From the NCBI GenBank assembly GCA_964394925.1, contig CAYMZG010000002.1, forward strand, positions 20,947 to 84,946: a DNA stretch of 64,000 nt, written 5' to 3'. Position numbers and translations under genes: made by a program. Below are positions 1 through 9,149 of this stretch, piece after piece. The stretch's first letter is position 1, and each line of letters opens with the position of its first letter. The notes under the pieces were generated by a model. The model worked only from the letters and a program-made list of their open reading frames with translations. It was not told where the DNA came from and made no database searches. The DNA is from an uncultured Candidatus Saccharibacteria bacterium (GTDB lineage Bacteria > Patescibacteriota > Saccharimonadia > Saccharimonadales > CAYLGV01).

Positions 1-23
1 ATTAATATCGAAAAAGGGGATCT

Positions 24-701
24 ATGAATAATCGATTTGTCATCATTTTGTTAGTTACCGTAGCTGTAATTGCGGGTGTCTTCTTCTTTACTAAGCATAA
101 AACAGCTAACAATAACAATACGAAAGCCAGTTCATCGGCACAGCCCAGCAACCATGTTATAGGTAGTGGCAAGAGTGGCGTAGTGTTGGTTGAATACGGC
201 GATTACCAGTGCCCGGCCTGTGGCCAGTACTATCCAATCGTGAAACAAGTGGTTGAAGCAAACAAAGACAATATAACCTTCCAATTCCGAAACTTCCCGC
301 TTGTGCAGATTCATCAAAATGCCTTTGCAGGTTCACGTGCCGCCGAAGCGGCTGCGCTCCAAAACAAGTTCTGGGAGATGCATGACTTGCTGTATGAAAA
401 TCAGCAATCATGGAGCTCGGCCAGCAATCCAAACAGCTACTTTGAAAACTATGCAAAGCAATTAGGCCTAGATGTCGAGAAGTTTAAGACTGACATGGGC
501 AGTAACCAAGTGAGCGATGTTATTAATGCCGATATCGCAGCCGGACAAAAGCTCGGCGCTAACGCGACCCCAACCTTCATATTAAATGGCAAGAAGCTTG
601 ACCAAAACCCACGTAGTCTCGATGAGTTCAACAAACTCATTGCCGATGCCATTAAAGCCAAGAGCGGCCAACAAACCACGACCACTCCAAGCGGCCAGTA
701 G
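24..701 (+). CDS. DsbA-family thiol:disulfide oxidoreductase, membrane-anchored thioredoxin fold
   Basis: 225-aa ORF with ATG at 24; N-terminal hydrophobic helix; CxxC active site in 'YGDYQCPACGQYYP'; thioredoxin-like length and layout. Confidence 0.75.
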   Translation: MNNRFVIILLVTVAVIAGVFFFTKHKTANNNNTKASSSAQPSNHVIGSGKSGVVLVEYGDYQCPACGQYYPIVKQVVEANKDNITFQFRNFPLVQIHQNAFAGSRAAEAAALQNKFWEMHDLLYENQQSWSSASNPNSYFENYAKQLGLDVEKFKTDMGSNQVSDVINADIAAGQKLGANATPTFILNGKKLDQNPRSLDEFNKLIADAIKAKSGQQTTTTPSGQ

Positions 702-713
702 TAGTGCACATTT

Positions 714-750
714 AAAAAACCGGTCTTCACTTATGTTGACCGGTTTTTAT
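714..750 (+). terminator. Rho-independent terminator after the dsbA-like gene
   Basis: A-tract, 7-bp stem ACCGGTC/GACCGGT (719-725 / 738-744), 12-nt loop, then TTTTTATT. Confidence 0.6.
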
Positions 751-1013
751 TAGTTTGGAGCCAAGGACACAGCCCTAGTAGGCAATAAATTGCTGCCACT
801 TAGGACGGCGCACCTTTATTTCCACGCTATTTCCTCTTTTTTGTATTTTGATATGTCTTGGCACTGACCTGCGCCTCCGTTTTATATAAGAAAAAGCACT
901 GCTAAGGCTCATTCTTTTGTTTGTAGTTTTTGTCTTCCGGTGCCAACTAATTTTGGTTGGTACGTATTGGAGTCGCTTCATTTTGGCATAAGCGTTACAC
1001 CCACGTCAAGCAA

Positions 1014-1048
1014 TTTGCTGGCAAAATTCAAAGGGGTTGCTATAATAA
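1014..1048 (+). promoter_or_regulatory. Candidate sigma70-type promoter for the NRAMP transporter
   Basis: TTGCTG, 17-nt spacer, extended -10 TGcTATAAT about 22 nt upstream of the ATG at 1070. Confidence 0.35.
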
Positions 1049-1069
1049 CAACAAACATAAGCGTAATCA

Positions 1070-2449
1070 ATGAAACAGAAAAAGAATAAAATCACCGTTC
1101 GTGCCGCCGCCGAAGCACCCGCCATCGCCCTGGATAAGGCTGTTACGTCAACGACTGAACTGTCCAAGAAGCTCCCTGGTGGCAAGCTGGTTGCCAGCAC
1201 GCGAAACTACTGGCGCATTCTCGGACCCGGCCTCACAACTGGTGCTTCCGACGATGACCCCTCTGGCATCGCCACCTATTCACAGGCCGGTGCCCAGTAC
1301 GGCTTTGGCATGCTCTGGTTGGCCGTGTTTACCTTCCCGCTCATGTCGATCGTACAAGAAATGTGTGCCCGCATTGGCTTGGTAACTGGTCGCGGCCTGG
1401 CGGCCAATATTCGCTTACATTTTTCGCGACGTGTTCTCATACTCTGTTCTTTACTACTATTTGCGGCGAATGCCTTCAACATTGGTGCCGACTTAGGAGC
1501 TATGGCTAAAGGTGTTCAGCTACTGCATCCGCAATTTTCGTTCGCCGCTCTTGTCATTGGCTTTACGGTCTTGTGTCTCGGTATCCAGATCTTCTTTAAT
1601 TATGGGCGTTACGCCCGTTATCTAAAATGGCTTGCCCTCGTGCTCTTGGCTTATGTGCTGTCGGCCATTCTGGCCAAAATTAACTGGGGTACGGTGATGC
1701 ACCAGGCTGTAACGCCACACATTAAGTTCGAGAAAGACCAGATCTTACTGATTTGTGCTATTCTCGGTACCACCATTTCCCCGTATCTCTTCTTCTGGCA
1801 AACGTCGCAAGAAGTCGAAGAGCAGATTCTGGCTGGCAAAAAATCGCTGAAAGCACGCCGTGGCTCAAATAAGTCAGAAATGCGACTCATGCGCATTGAC
1901 GTCTGGTCGGGTATGTTGCTGTCAAACGTAGTAATGTTCTTCATTATTGCCGCGTGTGGTGCCATTTTGTTCCCGAATGGCATCACCACTATCACCTCGG
2001 CCGCACAAGCTGCGGAAGCCCTGCGACCCTTTGCCGGCAATGCCACGTATTGGCTGTTCGCGATTGGCATCATTGGCACAGGACTCTTAGCCATACCTGT
2101 TTTGGCGGGCTCGAGCTCATACGCCTTTAGTGAGGCTTTTCATTGGCGCGAAGGTCTGTATCGCCCTTTGGGGCAAGCCTATGCTTTTTATGGCATTATT
2201 ATTATCTCTATGCTGGTTGGCCTCGGTATTAACTTTATTGGCCTGGATCCGTTTAAAGCGCTCATCTATTCAGCTGTTGCAAACGGCTTAGTTGCCCCTG
2301 TTGTACTGTGTTTTGTGGTCATCATGAGCAGCAGCAAAAAGATTATGGGGCGTTGGGCCAACCCACGCCCGATGGCCTGGATTGGCTGGTTTGTGATTGG
2401 CCTTATGTCGGTAGCCGGTATCGCTGCCGTTATTACGATGTTTATGTAG
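1070..2449 (+). CDS. NRAMP-family divalent metal (Mn2+/Fe2+) transporter
   Basis: 459 aa, about 11 TM segments; conserved NRAMP N-terminal block 'GPGLTTGASDDDPSGIATYSQAGAQYGFGMLW' and 'MSIVQEMCARIGLVTG'. Confidence 0.8.
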   Translation: MKQKKNKITVRAAAEAPAIALDKAVTSTTELSKKLPGGKLVASTRNYWRILGPGLTTGASDDDPSGIATYSQAGAQYGFGMLWLAVFTFPLMSIVQEMCARIGLVTGRGLAANIRLHFSRRVLILCSLLLFAANAFNIGADLGAMAKGVQLLHPQFSFAALVIGFTVLCLGIQIFFNYGRYARYLKWLALVLLAYVLSAILAKINWGTVMHQAVTPHIKFEKDQILLICAILGTTISPYLFFWQTSQEVEEQILAGKKSLKARRGSNKSEMRLMRIDVWSGMLLSNVVMFFIIAACGAILFPNGITTITSAAQAAEALRPFAGNATYWLFAIGIIGTGLLAIPVLAGSSSYAFSEAFHWREGLYRPLGQAYAFYGIIIISMLVGLGINFIGLDPFKALIYSAVANGLVAPVVLCFVVIMSSSKKIMGRWANPRPMAWIGWFVIGLMSVAGIAAVITMFM

Positions 2450-2876
2450 ATTGGCCGCGGCGGCGCTGGGCCGCTTCAATGTGTTTGTGGAGTTTGTGCA
2501 GCTCCGCAGGCGGTTGATTATTGTACATCTCATGAATGTGATGAAACTCTTTATCGAGCTCGGCCAATTCTTCGTCACTTAGGTCTTCAATATTCAAAAA
2601 GTTGTCGCGAGCTGCTTTACTGGCACGAATTAGCTCGTCAAGCTTGAGTTGCACTGCCTTGCCATCACGGTTCTGGGTGTTTTGAATCAGAAATACCATC
2701 AAAAACGTCACAATTGTAGTTCCAGTGTTAATAACTAACTGCCAGGTGTTAGAAAAGTGAAAGATCGGTCCAGAGATAGCCCACACCACAACAATCGTGA
2801 GCGCCAATAAGAACGCTTTTGATGAACCGGTGATTGTTGCCACCCTGCTCGCTATTTTGTGAAAGATCTCGTTCAT
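2442..2876 (-). CDS. Low-affinity iron permease family protein (Fet4-like small membrane protein)
   Basis: 144 aa; 'WAISGPIFHFSNTWQLVINTGTTIVTFLMVFLIQNTQNRD' matches the hallmark block of this family; C-terminal charged coiled tail. Confidence 0.65.
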   Translation of the reverse strand: MNEIFHKIASRVATITGSSKAFLLALTIVVVWAISGPIFHFSNTWQLVINTGTTIVTFLMVFLIQNTQNRDGKAVQLKLDELIRASKAARDNFLNIEDLSDEELAELDKEFHHIHEMYNNQPPAELHKLHKHIEAAQRRRGQST

Positions 2877-2949
2877 ATGTGTGTTGCTTTCTCGTTTTGC
2901 TGCTAACGCTTATTTGTTGTAGAATAACGCTAGGACATAAAAAACACAA

Positions 2950-4647
2950 ATGCACGCAGCTAGCTTTACCGAACTCAGCCTTCTCCTCGCCATTGGCGTG
3001 GGCATTAGTATTTTCATGCGTATCATCCGCCAGCCGCTCATCATTGGATATATTATTACTGGCATTGTGGTTGGCCCGGCGTTTATGAACCTCATTAAAG
3101 AACCGGGCACTATCGAAGTCTTTGCTCAGTTTGGCATTGCTCTGCTGCTTATGATCGTTGGGCTTGGCCTAAATCCTCGAGTCATTAAGGAGGTTGGTAA
3201 AATTGCCGCTGCTATTGCGTTCGGCAAGGTGTTTATCGCCACCGGGGTTGGTTTCATGGTCAGCCGTGTGCTTGGCTTTAGCACGACCGCCTCTTTGTTT
3301 ATTGGCATCTCGATGTCGTTTTCAAGCACCATTATTATTCTCAAACTCCTGAGTGACAAAAAGGAACAAAACCGCCTGTACGGCAAAATATCCGTTGGTT
3401 TTTTGTTGGTTGAAGACTTAATTGCCACGCTGATATTAATTGGTGTGTCGGCAACTGCACAAAAGACTGGCTTCACGCTCGATAGCTTTTTGAGCCTGCT
3501 CTGGAATAGCGCAATCCTCATTGGTGTGCTCGTAGCCGTGCGCTGGCTGCTATTACCTCGCCTGAACCATCTCATTGCCAAGTCTCAGGAGTTTTTGTTC
3601 CTATTTGCCATTGGCTGGGGCCTTGGCATTGCCGCTCTGTTTAGTCGAGCCGGCTTCTCGCTCGAGATTGGTGCGCTACTCGCGGGTGTCACGCTTGCCT
3701 CACAACCGTTTGCTCAAGAAATTTCTTCTCGCCTAAAACCGCTGCGCGACTTTTTCATTGTGTTGTTCTTCATCTACCTCGGCTCGCACCTTGTTTTGCA
3801 CGATGTTATTCATGTTCTGCCGATTGCCCTGTTATTCTCGGCGCTTGTACTAATTGGTAACCCAATTATTGTCATGACCATTATGGGCATTAGTGGCTAC
3901 ACCAAAAAAACCAGCTTTAAAACTGGCATAACCGGCGCTCAGATCAGCGAATTCTCGTTCATTATGTTGCTACTAGCTAAAGATACGGGTCGGATTAGCA
4001 GTGAAGTATTGTCGCTGGTGACCATTGTGGCGCTCATAACTATTGCCGTATCGACGTATGTCATTCTCTACGCCGACAAGCTCTATATTCTCTTCGAGAA
4101 CTATCTGCGGTTGTTTGAGCGCAAAAAGGTCCATAAAGAAGCTGAGCGTGTTAAACACTATGAGTTAGTTCTCCTTGGCTACCACCGGGGCGGCTCGGAA
4201 TTCCTAAAAGTCTTTAAGCAACTCAAGAAATCGTATGTTGTGGTTGACTATGACCCGATCGTGATCGATACCCTCGAGAACTCACATGAACCGTACATTT
4301 ACGGCGACGTGACGGATCTGGAACTATTAGAGGAAATCAATCTGGCGCATGCCCACCTGATCGTCTCAACGCTATCCGATTACCAGATCAATCAGTTTAT
4401 TGCTAAGTGGCTAGAGGGCGTCAATCCTAAGGCGGTGCTGATCTGTTCGGCCGACACCATCGAGCAGGCTGCACAGCTATATGAAGATGGTGCCGCCTAC
4501 GTTATGCTCCCGCACTACATTGGCACCGAGAAGATTACCTCATTCATTAAGAAGAGCCATCTGAAGAAGTTAGAGTTCCGGCGCTACCGCGAAAAACACT
4601 TGGCCTACTTACAAACTCACTTGGAACCACTCAACACTGACACATAG
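2950..4647 (+). CDS. Cation:proton antiporter (CPA2/Kef-type) with C-terminal RCK/TrkA-N domain
   Basis: 565 aa; about 12 TM N-terminal transporter domain; C-terminal 'YELVLLGYHRGGSEFLKVF...VVVDYDP' Rossmann-like RCK domain. Confidence 0.75.
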   Translation: MHAASFTELSLLLAIGVGISIFMRIIRQPLIIGYIITGIVVGPAFMNLIKEPGTIEVFAQFGIALLLMIVGLGLNPRVIKEVGKIAAAIAFGKVFIATGVGFMVSRVLGFSTTASLFIGISMSFSSTIIILKLLSDKKEQNRLYGKISVGFLLVEDLIATLILIGVSATAQKTGFTLDSFLSLLWNSAILIGVLVAVRWLLLPRLNHLIAKSQEFLFLFAIGWGLGIAALFSRAGFSLEIGALLAGVTLASQPFAQEISSRLKPLRDFFIVLFFIYLGSHLVLHDVIHVLPIALLFSALVLIGNPIIVMTIMGISGYTKKTSFKTGITGAQISEFSFIMLLLAKDTGRISSEVLSLVTIVALITIAVSTYVILYADKLYILFENYLRLFERKKVHKEAERVKHYELVLLGYHRGGSEFLKVFKQLKKSYVVVDYDPIVIDTLENSHEPYIYGDVTDLELLEEINLAHAHLIVSTLSDYQINQFIAKWLEGVNPKAVLICSADTIEQAAQLYEDGAAYVMLPHYIGTEKITSFIKKSHLKKLEFRRYREKHLAYLQTHLEPLNTDT

Positions 4648-5222
4648 AGTCGATGGCTGCGAATGTACGACCAGACCTCGGGTGATATATCCGGTGGCTG
4701 CTGACGCTGCTTTAGCGCCAAGCGAATCTTAGACGATGAAATATCTGGGCATTTTGGATCAACAAAACGATATCGAAAGGCCAGCCGTCGAGTGGTTTCT
4801 AGCGTTTTAAACAACTCATTAAGCGTCGCTTCGTCGCCCTGCCGAGCCGCCACCATGAGTGAAACCGATGCCACCAATTCATCAATATGTGGCCAGTGAG
4901 CAATATGTGCAATAACGTCTTCGCCGAAGAGCAAGACCAATTCATACCCTTTGAATCGGTTTTGTAGCAGCGGCATTGTTTCGTGTGGCGTGAAACGCGC
5001 TTGCTCAAGAATAATGCTGCCCATCCTTGGATTGTCGCGAATGGCGAGCTGCACCATTGCAACTCGATGTTCGAGCGCCCGTACACCCTGTTTGCGGCGC
5101 GGCCTTGGCTCTACCACAAACATTACCTTCTCGAGCCCAGCATCGAGTGCCGCCTGCGCAAAGGCAAGGTGACCATTATGGATCGGGTCAAAGGTGCCTG
5201 CGTAAATGCCGATTTTCTTCAT
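4617..5222 (-). CDS. nadD: Nicotinate-nucleotide adenylyltransferase
   Basis: 201 aa; N-terminal 'IGIYAGTFDPIHNGHL' nucleotidyltransferase HxGH motif typical of NadD. Confidence 0.75.
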   Translation of the reverse strand: MKKIGIYAGTFDPIHNGHLAFAQAALDAGLEKVMFVVEPRPRRKQGVRALEHRVAMVQLAIRDNPRMGSIILEQARFTPHETMPLLQNRFKGYELVLLFGEDVIAHIAHWPHIDELVASVSLMVAARQGDEATLNELFKTLETTRRLAFRYRFVDPKCPDISSSKIRLALKQRQQPPDISPEVWSYIRSHRLYVSVLSGSK

Positions 5223-5243
5223 ATGCTCAGTATACCCGCCGTT

Positions 5244-6560
5244 TTAGGCAATCTTTACGCACCCGCAAGAACCTGAGATGCGCTTGCGACCACTTGATGA
5301 TAACTTTTGCACTTTCGTTCTTACATTCTTCTTCTGACACAGTGGGCATTCTTTTGATACAAAGTCACAATCTGCATCATCATCTTCGTTGCTCGTGTCG
5401 TTGCCAATTTTTGATTCAGACATGCCAGATGGGCAAGAGTTTGAATTCTCTGTTTGCTTGGCCTTTGACCTATTCTCCTCAAGCGCTTCTAGATCACCAC
5501 GCGCAATTGCTTGGCGACTCGCTTCAATATAGCGAGCCGCTTCAAGGCCAAAGACACGACTATCTATTGAGTGATCCATAATTGCTTGATCAACCATATG
5601 AAAGCCCGAAAGATCATTCAGTAAACGTACCGCATCAATTGGTTTATGAATTACAGGGGCAGCTGAAATGAGCTCTTGGGTGATTTTCTTAACTTTGGGC
5701 TCAAACAAGGCTTCGCGCTCGCGGCACATATCGAGGTAATCCTGATAGTTTTGAGATGGTCGATCCTCACCAAAGAAAGTACCAGATATGCCATCCCATA
5801 GCTTTACGATATCTATCACGCCGTTTGGAATAAGATCATTGCGAATGAGGATGGGTATGTCAATAATCTCTGCCGGCGACAGACCAACATAATCCGCCCC
5901 GAGCGCCTGGCCAAGCTTGGCGGCAGTTGCTTCATCGTGAGGTACCTCCCCCTCAGCGGCAATTCCAGCTACAAAAGCCGACTCAAGGGCCAAGGCACCT
6001 TCTGACTTACCGATTAGTTGCAGAGAGCAGCTCATAGTCTCAGTAAAGAAACCCTGCTCCGGTAGATTCTCGGCCCGCGACACAACCAGCATGCTGTAGT
6101 TTTCAAAAAGACCATCTTTGAAGTACTGCTCTATGCGAAAAGCGTTGCGTGTTTCAGCCTCAGTACGCGCTCGCATAATTGGATGATTCGATGCAAAACG
6201 AAGGCTATTGGCTTGAATGGAGTCCATGATCTGTCCATGCTGGACCACTTTCCCTTCAGCTGTAATGTTCAATGGAACCTTTTCCATTACGTGGCCGGTC
6301 TTTATGGTACGCTCAATGACGTCGGTGCGAACATTGATCTCAACCATATGTTCTGCTTCTTTGTCGCCTTCGTAATATGCTCGATCGATGCCTTGCTTCA
6401 AGTTCTCAATGGGGCTTTCAACAGGAAGCGCCTCAATACTAGTTGCCTGATTCGCAGCAACTTGACCAATGAATGTACCTGCCCGTAACCGAACCTCAGA
6501 ATCAACCTCCATCTCGGAGGCAACCCTTGTTTTTGGAAGTTCGGCACTGGCTACTGCCAT
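5244..6560 (-). CDS. Hypothetical protein with Cys-rich C-terminal tail (CPLC...CGC)
   Basis: 438-aa uninterrupted ORF, no recognisable family; C-terminus 'CDFVSKECPLCQKK...SGSCGCVKIA' looks like a zinc-ribbon. Confidence 0.4.
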   Translation of the reverse strand: MAVASAELPKTRVASEMEVDSEVRLRAGTFIGQVAANQATSIEALPVESPIENLKQGIDRAYYEGDKEAEHMVEINVRTDVIERTIKTGHVMEKVPLNITAEGKVVQHGQIMDSIQANSLRFASNHPIMRARTEAETRNAFRIEQYFKDGLFENYSMLVVSRAENLPEQGFFTETMSCSLQLIGKSEGALALESAFVAGIAAEGEVPHDEATAAKLGQALGADYVGLSPAEIIDIPILIRNDLIPNGVIDIVKLWDGISGTFFGEDRPSQNYQDYLDMCREREALFEPKVKKITQELISAAPVIHKPIDAVRLLNDLSGFHMVDQAIMDHSIDSRVFGLEAARYIEASRQAIARGDLEALEENRSKAKQTENSNSCPSGMSESKIGNDTSNEDDDADCDFVSKECPLCQKKNVRTKVQKLSSSGRKRISGSCGCVKIA

Positions 6561-6779
6561 AAAAATACCCCTGTCCCTTTATAAAACAGAGGCTACGAAA
6601 AAACGTTACCGCTCCTGCTCGAGAGACTTACCCCGTGTCTGGCTTGTGATGGTGCTTTCGGCTTCACTTACAGTTGCGGCACAGCTCAGGATTCTCACCT
6701 GATTCCGGTTATTTGTTATGTTAACTATTTAGTAGTGTAGCACGCGCGGCACACACTACATGTAGTAGTTTTAACTATT

Positions 6780-7484
6780 TTACTTGGCCCTAAAGCTTTT
6801 TATGGCGTCAGTGAAGATGGTTATATTCGGTTGTATGTTCTGATCATTAAACACAAAGAAATATTTGTGTTTGCCCTTGTTTGGGCCAGTCACATTGACC
6901 GTGTTGATGCCGTCGGGTGAGCCCGTCCCTGTTTTGTTAAGAATAACGAGCGAGAAGTCACAATGGAAATCAATCTGTTTAAACTTAGCTAGGTTCCAAT
7001 TGTCACCCTGTCCGGTCGCCCCCGCACTTTTTTGAGTATACGTGATGCAGTTGTCCGAAATGTCGCCTGGTTGCAGGGTATCGCCAACAGCAGTCACCGG
7101 CATGAGCTTGTTGACCGGCAAAGTAGTGGGGATCACATCAACATACAACGTTAATTTGCGGTTATCCTCATTCTTTTTGGTAGCCTGCCAGGTTAGACTA
7201 TTCTCGGTCGAATTAGAAACACGGCTTAGCAACTTCCAGTCGCCCGGTAGCTGCATGGTAAAGGTTGGCTCATCGATGCGCAGGGATGATTGCACCGCAT
7301 CAACCGACTGCACGACTGTACGTTTTTGACCCTCAACATAGGTATCCTTGTTGCTACGCTTAATATCCATATAAATAAGTGAGCCGATTGCGCCAACAAT
7401 AGCAAAGGTAACAATCAGAACAATCGCCACACGCGTACGTCGGCGCCTACCAGGTCTGTGGCCATATTTGTACTTAACTTCCAT
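6780..7484 (-). CDS. Hypothetical membrane-anchored extracytoplasmic protein
   Basis: 234 aa; Arg-rich N-terminus then a single TM ('VAIVLIVTFAIVGAIGSLIY'); no family recognised. Confidence 0.4.
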   Translation of the reverse strand: MEVKYKYGHRPGRRRRTRVAIVLIVTFAIVGAIGSLIYMDIKRSNKDTYVEGQKRTVVQSVDAVQSSLRIDEPTFTMQLPGDWKLLSRVSNSTENSLTWQATKKNEDNRKLTLYVDVIPTTLPVNKLMPVTAVGDTLQPGDISDNCITYTQKSAGATGQGDNWNLAKFKQIDFHCDFSLVILNKTGTGSPDGINTVNVTGPNKGKHKYFFVFNDQNIQPNITIFTDAIKSFRAK

Positions 7485-7564
7485 GCTTTAGCACCTTAGC
7501 CCATATTATACATGAAGCTTATGCTTCACACCCATAAGCTAACTCACTATTCTCCCAAGAGTAC

Positions 7565-7601
7565 GGAAAGCCGCCAAAAGAACAATTGTTCTTGGCTTTC
7601 C
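7565..7601. repeat. 37-bp palindromic element, copy 1 (core AAGAACAATTGTTCTT flanked by GGAAAGCC/GGCTTTCC)
   Basis: Read directly: GGAAAGCCgccaaAAGAACAATTGTTCTTGGCTTTCC; near-identical inverted copy at 11945-11981; about 70 bp upstream of the ORF starting at 7484. Confidence 0.8.
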
Positions 7602-7644
7602 TGATTGGCTATAGCAAACCCTCTTGTTGAAATAGTAAGTTAGC

Positions 7645-8298
7645 TTATGGACCAGCAATAATGAGGATGTCAGCGTCGGTTGGTTTGTCTTCGCCAGCTG
7701 GCAAGCTGCCAACCGTACCCTTAACAGCGTCAGCGATCTTCTTAGCCTGATCGGCGTTCTGACCACTTACATCAACAACAGTTATGGTGGTTGGTGGTGT
7801 CTTGGCCTCGCCACCATCGTTTGCCGTTAGCTGCTGCGCCTTGAGTGCCGTGGCTACTGCTTGGCGAGCGGTGGTGTTGCCGATGACCTTGATCTTGGCA
7901 TTGTTGTTTTGAATCGTTACCGTACTAACATTTACGATCTTATTAGTGCTTGGGCGGTACAAAATTGCCAACTTGGCGTTGGAATAAATGAGACTAACAT
8001 CGCCGTTTTCGGCATTGTTAAAGAAAGCGCCATATTGCTTCTTGGTGGCTTCTTTGTCTTTAACGGTGGCAATGGTGGGCTTTTCGTCTTTTGGCAAATT
8101 GTAGAGCTTGCCCACTTCGGAAACAGTCTTGTCGGCTTCCTGTTGCGCGACTGAATCGGCCGATGGTGGATTAGCTTTAAGGTGTTGGTACTGCCTAAAG
8201 TAGTAGGCGCCGAAGACGGCGAGCCCAACAATTACCAGTACATTAGCGGCCGCGAACAGCGGCTTTTTGAGGTTCTTCTTCTTTTTCGTCGTTTCCAT
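7645..8298 (-). CDS. LytR/CpsA/Psr C-terminal (LytR_C) domain protein, membrane-anchored
   Basis: 217 aa; N-terminal TM; C-terminal '...VTIQNNNAKIKVIGNTTARQAVATALKAQQ...ITVVDVSGQNADQAKKIADAV' resembles the LytR_C domain. Confidence 0.4.
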   Translation of the reverse strand: METTKKKKNLKKPLFAAANVLVIVGLAVFGAYYFRQYQHLKANPPSADSVAQQEADKTVSEVGKLYNLPKDEKPTIATVKDKEATKKQYGAFFNNAENGDVSLIYSNAKLAILYRPSTNKIVNVSTVTIQNNNAKIKVIGNTTARQAVATALKAQQLTANDGGEAKTPPTTITVVDVSGQNADQAKKIADAVKGTVGSLPAGEDKPTDADILIIAGP

Positions 8299-8332
8299 TG
8301 TTCTTTATGATACCTGCTTACGCTTATATTGG

Positions 8333-9130
8333 TCAACGTAGGGTGAAAGCGAGAATCAATAGGAGCCCCGTCACAATACGATAGTACCCGAAGATATATA
8401 ACCCGTGTTTGCTGAGAAAATGCAGCATAAAGCGAATCGCAAACAGACCGCTAATCATAGCCGTGAGCACACCAACAATTACCGCCCCGCGTTCATCACT
8501 GAACTGCTGCATAATGCCTTTTTCAGTAAAAACTTTTAGCACAGCGCCGGCTGTAATGGGAATACCGAGTAGGAATGAAAAACGGGTGGCCGCCACGCGG
8601 TCGAGGCCCGTAAACAAACCAGCCGTAATGGTACTACCGGAACGTGACACACCAGGAATAACGGCAATCGCTTGGGCAAAACCCATGGTCATTGCTTCTT
8701 TGGTATTCACATCTTCGAGTGCCGTGTGTGCTTTGCGTTTTTTGTAGTATTGCTCGGCCAGAATCATGATAAGACCAAACAGCAGCATGGTAGTACCTAC
8801 TAATCGGCCCGAACGGAAGACCGACTCCGCCGAACTCTCAAGCAGAAAACCAATAATGGCAGCTGGAATCGTAGCCGCAATCAGCAGCCACGTAAGGCGC
8901 GTTTCCTTACTTTTTACGAACAGTGATTTAGCGTATTTGATAAGATCTTTCCAGAAATATGCAATTAAGGCAATCAACGTACCGGCGTGCAACGCAACAT
9001 CGAAGGCGAGCCCGTTATTAAACACCCCGAGGGCATGGTGAGCTATCACCAAATGACCCGAAGAGGACACTGGAATAAACTCAGTTAGCCCCTGTATTAA
9101 CCCCAAAATGAATGCCTGAATAAGCGTCAT
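8333..9130 (-). CDS. uppP: Undecaprenyl-diphosphate phosphatase
   Basis: 265 aa; 'GLTEFIPVSSSGHL' and 'PGVSRSGSTI' BacA/UppP signature blocks. Confidence 0.9.
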   Translation of the reverse strand: MTLIQAFILGLIQGLTEFIPVSSSGHLVIAHHALGVFNNGLAFDVALHAGTLIALIAYFWKDLIKYAKSLFVKSKETRLTWLLIAATIPAAIIGFLLESSAESVFRSGRLVGTTMLLFGLIMILAEQYYKKRKAHTALEDVNTKEAMTMGFAQAIAVIPGVSRSGSTITAGLFTGLDRVAATRFSFLLGIPITAGAVLKVFTEKGIMQQFSDERGAVIVGVLTAMISGLFAIRFMLHFLSKHGLYIFGYYRIVTGLLLILAFTLR

Positions 9131-9149
9131 AATTCTCCTCTAGTATACG

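Noticed and set aside
761-1069. Possible Mn-sensing (yybP-ykoY-type) riboswitch upstream of the NRAMP transporter
   Set aside because: The candidate promoter places the transcription start only about 22 nt before the ATG, leaving no room for a riboswitch, and no conserved riboswitch helices were recognisable.
1101-1385. 94-aa alternative-frame ORF rich in Pro/Ser/Leu
   Set aside because: It overlaps the NRAMP gene in another frame and has no independent support.
3126-3581. 151-aa minus-strand ORF
   Set aside because: It is antisense to the CPA2 antiporter gene, whose TM helices give a coherent reading frame, so it is a shadow ORF.
5027-5581. 184-aa plus-strand ORF bridging the nadD and hypothetical-protein loci
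   Set aside because: It is antisense to two convincing minus-strand genes; its Arg/Cys-rich composition suggests an artefact.
6710-6785. Direct repeats TTAACTATTT (twice) and a GTAGTAG/CTACATGTAG near-palindrome in the intergenic region
   Set aside because: They are short and imperfect, in AT-rich promoter or terminator DNA between two genes, and are probably ordinary regulatory or terminator sequence rather than a mobile element or array.
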